NCBI GenBank assembly: GCA_028693895.1 | Contig: JAQUUL010000001.1 | Coordinates: 1-60,427, forward strand | Direction: 5' to 3' | DNA: 60,427 nt | DNA from: Minisyncoccota bacterium | GTDB taxonomy: Bacteria; Patescibacteriota; Minisyncoccia; Minisyncoccales; Minisyncoccaceae | Shown here: positions 55,023 to 60,427 of the stretch, in pieces | How positions within the stretch are numbered: the stretch's first letter is position 1 | Layout of the letters: each line of letters starts with the position of its first letter | Translations under genes and position numbers: made by a program | Notes under the pieces: model-generated | What the model was told of the DNA's origin: nothing | What the model saw: only the letters and a program-made list of their open reading frames with translations | The model's database searches: none

Positions 55023-57398
55023 ATGGATTTATTAACTTATATTTTAATCTTAATATTTATCTTATCTTTAACGATATTAATACTTTTAATTAAAAGATTA
55101 AATAATCATAAAATAATTAAAGAATCTTTAGACTTTACTTTATTTTCTGTAAAAATGAGTAGTGCAACGGCAGAAGAAATAAGAGATTCAGGGAAACAGG
55201 AGAGAGATTGGATTAAATCAATGGAGGATTTTTATAGCAGTCTTAATTCTTTATCAAAAGAAAATTTGTTTGGAATAGAGCCATGGATAGCCTTAGAAAT
55301 AGTAAAAACAAAAGAAGAAATTGTTTTTTATGTGGCTACTCCTAAAAAATTCGAAAGTTTTATTGAAAAAGAAATTTATAGTTTATATCCTTCTTCTCAA
55401 ATTGAAAAAGCTGAAGATTATAATATATTCTCTCCAACAGAAAATGTTTGTTGTGGATATCTTAAAACAACTAAACCTTTGTACCTTCCTATTAAAACAT
55501 ACAATAATATGGATTCAGATCCGTTGTCTTCGATTACAAATATATTTACTAAACTTAAAACTAACGAAGAAGCAGCTGTTCAATTGATTATTAAAAAATC
55601 ATCTAATAATTGGAGAGATAGAGCAATGATGATTATTAACGAAGTTTCTCAAGGAAAGAATTTTACACAAGCTATGGGGGCAACAAGCCTGATTTCAATA
55701 ATTAAAGGAAAAGATGAAAAAAAGAATTATGAATTAAAAGTTGATGAAGAACTTCTAAATATATTAGAGAATAAAATTAGTAAAAATAGTTTTGAAACAA
55801 ATATTAGATTAGTTGTTTCTACAGATGACAAAAATAAAAGCGAAAGTATATTTTTGCAAATGGCAAATTCTTTCGGTCAGTTTAATTCTCCAAAAACAAA
55901 TGGATTTAAGCTTATTAGAACTAAAGGGAGAGCTTTTGATGAATTAATATACAAATATTCATTTAGATTATTTGATTTTCCTACAAATAATATATTAGAT
56001 ACAGAAGAGTTAGCTAGTATATTTCACTTTCCAACACCACTAACAAAAACCCCAAACATTAAAGGAGTTAATTCAAAAGTTTCTGCTCCTCCAATTGACC
56101 TCCCAAAAGAAGGATTATTACTTGGGTATAATGAATATAGAGAAGAGAAAAAAGATATTAAAATAAAAAGAGATGACAGAAGAAGGCATATGTATGTAAT
56201 TGGACAAACTGGAACTGGTAAATCTTCTTTATTATCATCAATGGCTCTTCAAGATATTCAAAATGGAGAAGGAATTGGAATGTTAGATCCACACGGAGAT
56301 TTAATTGATGATATCTTAAGTAAGATGCCTAAAGAAAGAATAGAAGATGTTGTTTTATTTGATCCAACAAATTTAGAAAGGTCAGTTGGTCTAAATATGC
56401 TTGAATATGACCCTCGTTTTCCTGAGCAAAAAACATTTATTGTCAATGAAATGATTAATATATTAGACAAGCTTTATGATTTAAGACAAACTGGTGGCCC
56501 AATGTTTGAACAATATACAAGAAATGCATTAATGCTTTTAATGGATGACCCTCGTGATGTTTATACTTTAATGGAAATACCGCGAGTATTAGCTGATGCA
56601 GATTTTAGAAAAAGACTTTTAGCTAAGTGTAATAATTTTTTAGTGAAAGAATTCTGGGAGAAACAAGCAGAGCAAGCAGGAGGGGATGCAGCGCTAAAGA
56701 ATATGGTTCCATACATTACTTCAAAATTTGATAATTTTATATCTAATGACTATATGAGGCCAATCATTGGACAAACCAAAAGTACTTTTAATTTTAGAGA
56801 AATTATTGATGGTAAAAAAGTATTTTTAGTTAATTTAAGCAAAGGAAGATTAGGAGAAATTAATAGTTCTCTTTTAGGATTAATTATTACAAGTAAATTA
56901 TCGTTAGCTGCTTTTTCAAGAGTTGATATTCTTGAATCTGAAAGAAAAGATTTTTACTTGTATATGGATGAATTTCAAAATTTTGCTACTAAGACAATTT
57001 CAATTATTTTATCAGAAGCAAGAAAGTATAGATTAGGATTAATAATGTCTCATCAATTTATTACTCAATTACCTGAAGATATAAGGGATAGTGTATTTGG
57101 TAATGTTGGGACAATAGCATCATTTAGAGTTGGAGCTGAAGACGCCCAATTTTTGGAAAAAGAATTTCAACCTATTTTTAATAATCAGGATTTAATGAAT
57201 ATTAATAATTTTAATTTCTATATTAAAATGATGATGAATGGAAAGATATCTAAGCCTTTTAATGTTAAAACTTACCCTCCAAAGGAAGGAAATTATGAAA
57301 GAGCTAAGGACATTAAAGAGTATTATTCTTTAACTTATGCAAAGAGAAAAGAAGTAATTGAAGACGAAATTATTAAGAGAAGGCTTGACATAAAATGA
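55023..57398 (+). CDS. Membrane-anchored VirD4/TraG/HerA-like (type IV coupling protein-like) P-loop ATPase with an uncharacterised N-terminal domain
   Basis: N-terminal TM, about 380 aa without motifs, then Walker A GQTGTGKSS, DPHGDL, Walker B LYMDEFQNF and ARKYRLGLIMSHQFITQL. Confidence 0.65.
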   Translation: MDLLTYILILIFILSLTILILLIKRLNNHKIIKESLDFTLFSVKMSSATAEEIRDSGKQERDWIKSMEDFYSSLNSLSKENLFGIEPWIALEIVKTKEEIVFYVATPKKFESFIEKEIYSLYPSSQIEKAEDYNIFSPTENVCCGYLKTTKPLYLPIKTYNNMDSDPLSSITNIFTKLKTNEEAAVQLIIKKSSNNWRDRAMMIINEVSQGKNFTQAMGATSLISIIKGKDEKKNYELKVDEELLNILENKISKNSFETNIRLVVSTDDKNKSESIFLQMANSFGQFNSPKTNGFKLIRTKGRAFDELIYKYSFRLFDFPTNNILDTEELASIFHFPTPLTKTPNIKGVNSKVSAPPIDLPKEGLLLGYNEYREEKKDIKIKRDDRRRHMYVIGQTGTGKSSLLSSMALQDIQNGEGIGMLDPHGDLIDDILSKMPKERIEDVVLFDPTNLERSVGLNMLEYDPRFPEQKTFIVNEMINILDKLYDLRQTGGPMFEQYTRNALMLLMDDPRDVYTLMEIPRVLADADFRKRLLAKCNNFLVKEFWEKQAEQAGGDAALKNMVPYITSKFDNFISNDYMRPIIGQTKSTFNFREIIDGKKVFLVNLSKGRLGEINSSLLGLIITSKLSLAAFSRVDILESERKDFYLYMDEFQNFATKTISIILSEARKYRLGLIMSHQFITQLPEDIRDSVFGNVGTIASFRVGAEDAQFLEKEFQPIFNNQDLMNINNFNFYIKMMMNGKISKPFNVKTYPPKEGNYERAKDIKEYYSLTYAKRKEVIEDEIIKRRLDIK

Positions 57399-57442
57399 GT
57401 ATATGTTAAAATTAACACATAATACGAATAATCAATAAAAAT

Positions 57443-58831
57443 ATGGAAAATAAAGAAAAAATAGATAACGAAGAAGATAAAATATTGGAGGTAGATGAAC
57501 TTTCTAATGTTTATACTCCAGATAAATCTAGCGAAGTAGATAATTCTAAAATTATCGAAATAAAAGATATAGTTGATGATAAGATTGATCCTACTGAGCC
57601 TGATGAAATCATTGAAATTGAAGACCTTGAGAAGCAACTTCCTCACAATAGAGAGTCTGGCGAAGAAAATAAAATAGAAGATATTTTAAATAAAGGAAAA
57701 GAAATAAAAGAAAATAGAGAAGAAGTAGAATTTATTATAAATGAAATAGAAGGATGGCTTGAGGATTTAAGATTAGCCAAAGATGATAAAAATAAAGGAA
57801 AAGGATTGCTTGCGAAATTAGGAATAAGTAAAAAAACAGAAGGGCTTAGTGAAAGTTACAGGAAAGTTCTTGTAGAGGGAAATAGCATTTTCTCTCAATT
57901 AGATTTTTTAGAAAAAAATAAAGTTGAAATTACAGAAGATCAACAAAAAATTATTGATACTTTTAATGATTTATTTAATAAAGAAAGAGAATCTCTTTCT
58001 AAAGACATTAAAAAAAGTATTAAAGATGAATCTGAAAAAGTTGAAGAAGAGATTGAAAAGATTTTGCCAGAACATAAAAAGTTTTTTGAATCTGCAAAGA
58101 AATTCTTAGGAAACAAAAGAGTTCAATTTGTTATTGGTGCAGTGATAATAGGATTAGCAGTTGCTGCTCCTCCAACAGGAGCTTTAAGCTTTTATACTTT
58201 TGGGTTATTGCCAGGTGTTTTACCAGCTTCAGCAGCTACAGGAGCAACAGCACTAACTGGTGCTGCAGGTGGATTGTTAATATCACGAGAAGTTATTGAA
58301 GGATTTTTTAAAAAAGCTGAAGCAGGAGAAATAATTAAAATTAGCGAACCAGAAGTTATTATTAAAAAAGAAGAAGTACCAGAAGAAGTGGTGCCAGAAG
58401 AAGAAGCACCAGAAGAAGAAGCACCAGAAGAAGTACCAGAAGAGGTATCATTAAAAAAAGAAAAAGATGATGAAATTGAAGAAATGTTTGATAGGCCTGT
58501 TGCATCTGAACAGTATCAACAAGCAATGAGAGAAATGGAAGAAGTAGAAGAAAAAGAAGAAGTTGAAAAAGAAACTTCAAGCGAGAAAGATTATTTTAAA
58601 TTAATTCAAGAAGGAATAGACAATAAAGATCCTTTAGAGGTTGGTCTTAAAGACAAGAGGACTGGAAGAGCAGATTCTTGGAATTGGAAAGCAGTTGAGG
58701 TTATAAAGTCTATTAATAATCAACCAGATAAAATTCGTATTGAGAAAAAATCAATTAACGGAGGAGTATCATTAAAGTTAGTTGACTTAAATGATTTATT
58801 ATTTAAGAAGTCTGATGAATTTAGAGCATAA
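57443..58831 (+). CDS. Highly acidic protein with a central Gly/Ala-rich hydrophobic hairpin and a (P-E-E) repeat
   Basis: Coiled-coil-like E/K-rich N-terminal half, hydrophobic VQFVIGAVIIGLAVAAPP...LTGAAGGLLI, then EEVPEEVVPEEEAPEEEAPEEVPEEV. Confidence 0.5.
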   Translation: MENKEKIDNEEDKILEVDELSNVYTPDKSSEVDNSKIIEIKDIVDDKIDPTEPDEIIEIEDLEKQLPHNRESGEENKIEDILNKGKEIKENREEVEFIINEIEGWLEDLRLAKDDKNKGKGLLAKLGISKKTEGLSESYRKVLVEGNSIFSQLDFLEKNKVEITEDQQKIIDTFNDLFNKERESLSKDIKKSIKDESEKVEEEIEKILPEHKKFFESAKKFLGNKRVQFVIGAVIIGLAVAAPPTGALSFYTFGLLPGVLPASAATGATALTGAAGGLLISREVIEGFFKKAEAGEIIKISEPEVIIKKEEVPEEVVPEEEAPEEEAPEEVPEEVSLKKEKDDEIEEMFDRPVASEQYQQAMREMEEVEEKEEVEKETSSEKDYFKLIQEGIDNKDPLEVGLKDKRTGRADSWNWKAVEVIKSINNQPDKIRIEKKSINGGVSLKLVDLNDLLFKKSDEFRA

Positions 58832-58855
58832 TTAATAAATTAATATATTAAAAAA

Positions 58856-59158
58856 ATGGAAAAAGAAATTACAATCAAATGTGAAGGTGCAATTAAAGAA
58901 TTAGGGTTAGATATTCTTTCTGAAGAAGAAAGAGCAGAAATAATTGAAAAGATGACTAATCTTGTTTGTGATAAATTAATGCTTAAATTAATCAGTAGAA
59001 TTAGTGATGAAGAAATTGAAGAAGCAAATGATGTTATGAGTGGAACTGATGAGAAAAAGAAAGCAGATTTTTTAGCAATAAAAATGCCTGATTTTCTTAG
59101 TGTTATAGAGGAAGAAGTTAATAGTGCTAAAAAAGAAATTAGCAATAATATTAAATAA
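58856..59158 (+). CDS. Small acidic helical hypothetical protein
   Basis: 100-aa ORF. The overlapping antisense ORF is a Ser/Leu/Ile low-complexity mirror. Confidence 0.45.
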   Translation: MEKEITIKCEGAIKELGLDILSEEERAEIIEKMTNLVCDKLMLKLISRISDEEIEEANDVMSGTDEKKKADFLAIKMPDFLSVIEEEVNSAKKEISNNIK

Positions 59159-59502
59159 TGGAAAATAAAAGAGAAAAAGAAATAGGTAATTTTGAAAATT
59201 ATTCTGAGAAAGCAGAAAGAGAGTTTTTTTCCAAAGAAAAGTTTGAAAGAAGAGAAGAGCCTGAGGTGAAAATTAAAACTATTGATGAAATAAAAGATAA
59301 TGATTTTTCAGCAGATAAAAAAGAAGATAAAGTTAAAGAAACTTCAGAAGAAGAAAAAAAGATAGATTATCATGTAAAAGAATCTCAAGGGGCGAGTATT
59401 GGGAAAATAGCAAAAATTATTAATATTGTTAAGAAAAAGTTTACTCCTTTTGGCGTTGATAGCTATCATGACAAAATGACAAGAAAGAAAGATGGTGAAT
59501 AG
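59158..59502 (+). CDS. Small charged hypothetical protein
   Basis: 114-aa ORF whose start overlaps the preceding stop by 1 nt (TAATG). Confidence 0.4.
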   Translation: MENKREKEIGNFENYSEKAEREFFSKEKFERREEPEVKIKTIDEIKDNDFSADKKEDKVKETSEEEKKIDYHVKESQGASIGKIAKIINIVKKKFTPFGVDSYHDKMTRKKDGE

Positions 59503-59517
59503 CCATTTTTTCAATTA

Positions 59518-59542
59518 AGGACTTTCTAAAAGTTCTTTTTTT
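59518..59542 (+). terminator. Rho-independent terminator closing the 55.0-59.5 kb block
   Basis: ggacttt / ctaa / aaagttc stem (one G:U pair) followed by T7. A TATAAT follows at 59545-59550. Confidence 0.55.
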
Positions 59543-59557
59543 CTGTATAATGTAAAC

Positions 59558-60427
59558 ATGAATCTAATTGAAGGGTTAAACAAAGAACAAAAAAAAGCAG
59601 TTCAACATAAAAATGGTCCGCTCTTAATTGTTGCAGGTGCAGGAACAGGAAAAACTACTGTTTTAACGAGAAGAATAGCATATTTAATTGATAATGGCAT
59701 AAAGCCAGAAGAAATTTTAGCTGTAACTTTTACTGAAAAAGCGGCTAGAGAAATGGAGGAGAGAGTAGAAGATCTCTTGCCTTTTGATTATTATGATCTT
59801 TGGATATCAACTTTTCATTCTTTCTGTGACCGAGTCTTAAAAAGGCACGGATTATTAATTGGAATTCCTACGAATTATAGGTTATTAGAGTCAGCTGGGA
59901 GCTGGATGTTAATTAAAAAGAATTTTGATAAATTCAATTTCTTAAAAGAGTATAGACCCCTTGGAAATCCAACTAAGTTTATTCAAGCTCTCGTTTCCCA
60001 TTTTTCTCAATGTAAGAACGAAGGAATATATCCCGAAAATTATATTGAATACGAAAGATCTCTTAAAAAAGATGATGATAATCTTGAAAGAATAAAAGAA
60101 GTTGCTAAAGCATATGAAGTTTATCAGCAATTATTATTAGATAATAATGTTTTAGATTTTGGAGATTTAATAAACTATACATTAAAAATATTTGAAAAAA
60201 AGAAAGACGTTTTAGAGAAATACAGGAAGCAATTTAAGTATATTATGGTTGATGAATTTCAAGATACAAATTGGGTTCAATATGAATTAATTAAAAAACT
60301 TTCTTATCCGAATAATAATATCACAATAGTCGGAGACGATGACCAATGTCTAATTGGAGATTCTAAAATAGATATATTAAAAGATAAAGAGATTAAAAAG
60401 ATAAAGATTAAGAATGTTAAAAAAGGT
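59558..60427 (+). CDS. UvrD/PcrA-type superfamily 1 DNA helicase, 5' partial (runs off the window), interrupted by an apparent intein from 60347
   Basis: My own translation, not in the ORF track: MNLIEGLNKEQKKAVQH..GPLLIVAGAGTGKTTVL (motif I), AVTFTEKAAREM (Ia), IMVDEFQDTN (II), ITIVGDDDQ (III), then CLIGDSKIDIL. Confidence 0.85.
   Translation, partial: MNLIEGLNKEQKKAVQHKNGPLLIVAGAGTGKTTVLTRRIAYLIDNGIKPEEILAVTFTEKAAREMEERVEDLLPFDYYDLWISTFHSFCDRVLKRHGLLIGIPTNYRLLESAGSWMLIKKNFDKFNFLKEYRPLGNPTKFIQALVSHFSQCKNEGIYPENYIEYERSLKKDDDNLERIKEVAKAYEVYQQLLLDNNVLDFGDLINYTLKIFEKKKDVLEKYRKQFKYIMVDEFQDTNWVQYELIKKLSYPNNNITIVGDDDQCLIGDSKIDILKDKEIKKIKIKNVKKG
60347..60427 (+). other. Putative intein N-terminal splicing region (block A), truncated by the window end
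   Basis: The helicase motif III consensus VGDDDQSIY(x)(F/W)RGA is replaced after Q by Cys-Leu-Ile-Gly-Asp-Ser-Lys-Ile, then a Lys-rich beta-like stretch. Confidence 0.6.

Noticed and set aside
57405-57420. Palindrome tgttaa-aa-ttaaca after the ATPase gene, as a possible terminator or operator
   Set aside because: A 2-nt loop cannot form a stable RNA hairpin, there is no T-run, and such AT palindromes are expected by chance in DNA this AT-rich.
58362-59145. Minus-strand ORFs 58362-58580 (Leu-rich) and 58840-59145 (Ser/Leu/Ile-rich)
   Set aside because: They are reverse-complement artefacts of GAA/GAG-rich (Glu) coding repeats on the + strand.
1-60427. Possible alternative genetic code (UGA recoded, as in Gracilibacteria/Absconditabacteria or Mycoplasma)
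   Set aside because: TGA ends several well-delimited genes exactly where homologues end, often in ATGA overlaps with the next start (for example 8641, 23010, 29027, 33999, 41529). No conserved protein here needs read-through of TGA.
1-60427. tRNA, rRNA, transposase, integrase or prophage content
   Set aside because: The intergenic spacers are at most about 127 nt and none shows tRNA-like T-arm (GGTTCGAA-type) or acceptor features. No ORF shows integrase, transposase or phage structural motifs.

Overview
A very AT-rich, tightly packed 60.4 kb chromosomal segment, coded almost entirely on the + strand, with many 1-40 nt gene overlaps. Gene content points to a Candidate Phyla Radiation / Patescibacteria (Parcubacteria-like) bacterium: small streamlined versions of core genes, a CxxC-x17-CxxC zinc-ribbon protein, a FISUMP-domain protein, a histone H1-like Lys/Ala-repeat protein, an RRM RNA-binding protein, and large Glu/Lys-rich surface proteins. 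This placement is an inference. TGA, TAA and TAG all act as stops at sensible gene boundaries, so the standard bacterial code applies.

Recognisable housekeeping genes:
- Core functions: pgk, a RecJ-like DHH exonuclease, secA, typA/bipA, ychF, murB, hpf and uppP.
- DNA repair: a contiguous, overlapping uvrB-uvrA-uvrC block, UDG family 4, an AlkD-like alkylation repair protein, and a 5' partial UvrD/PcrA helicase.
- Others: FKBP PPIase, a PrmC-like methyltransferase, a GH3 NagZ-like hydrolase and galT.

Accessory or unusual content:
- A NuoF-like flavoprotein plus an M3-type [FeFe] hydrogenase.
- A MacAB-like efflux module with two permeases, followed by PspC and a LiaF-like protein.
- An ECF sigma/anti-sigma pair next to a 647-aa surface protein carrying thrombospondin-like Cys repeats.
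- An ATP-cone::PD-(D/E)xK nuclease fusion beside a MazG-like pyrophosphohydrolase.
- A SanA::DUF1287 fusion.
- A stand-alone histidine-kinase ATPase domain.
- An orphan VirD4/HerA-like membrane ATPase followed by three acidic proteins of unknown function.
- An apparent intein start inside motif III of the UvrD helicase, at the window edge.

I found no rRNA, tRNA, CRISPR array, transposase or integrase. All calls rest on motif recognition by eye; no searches were run.
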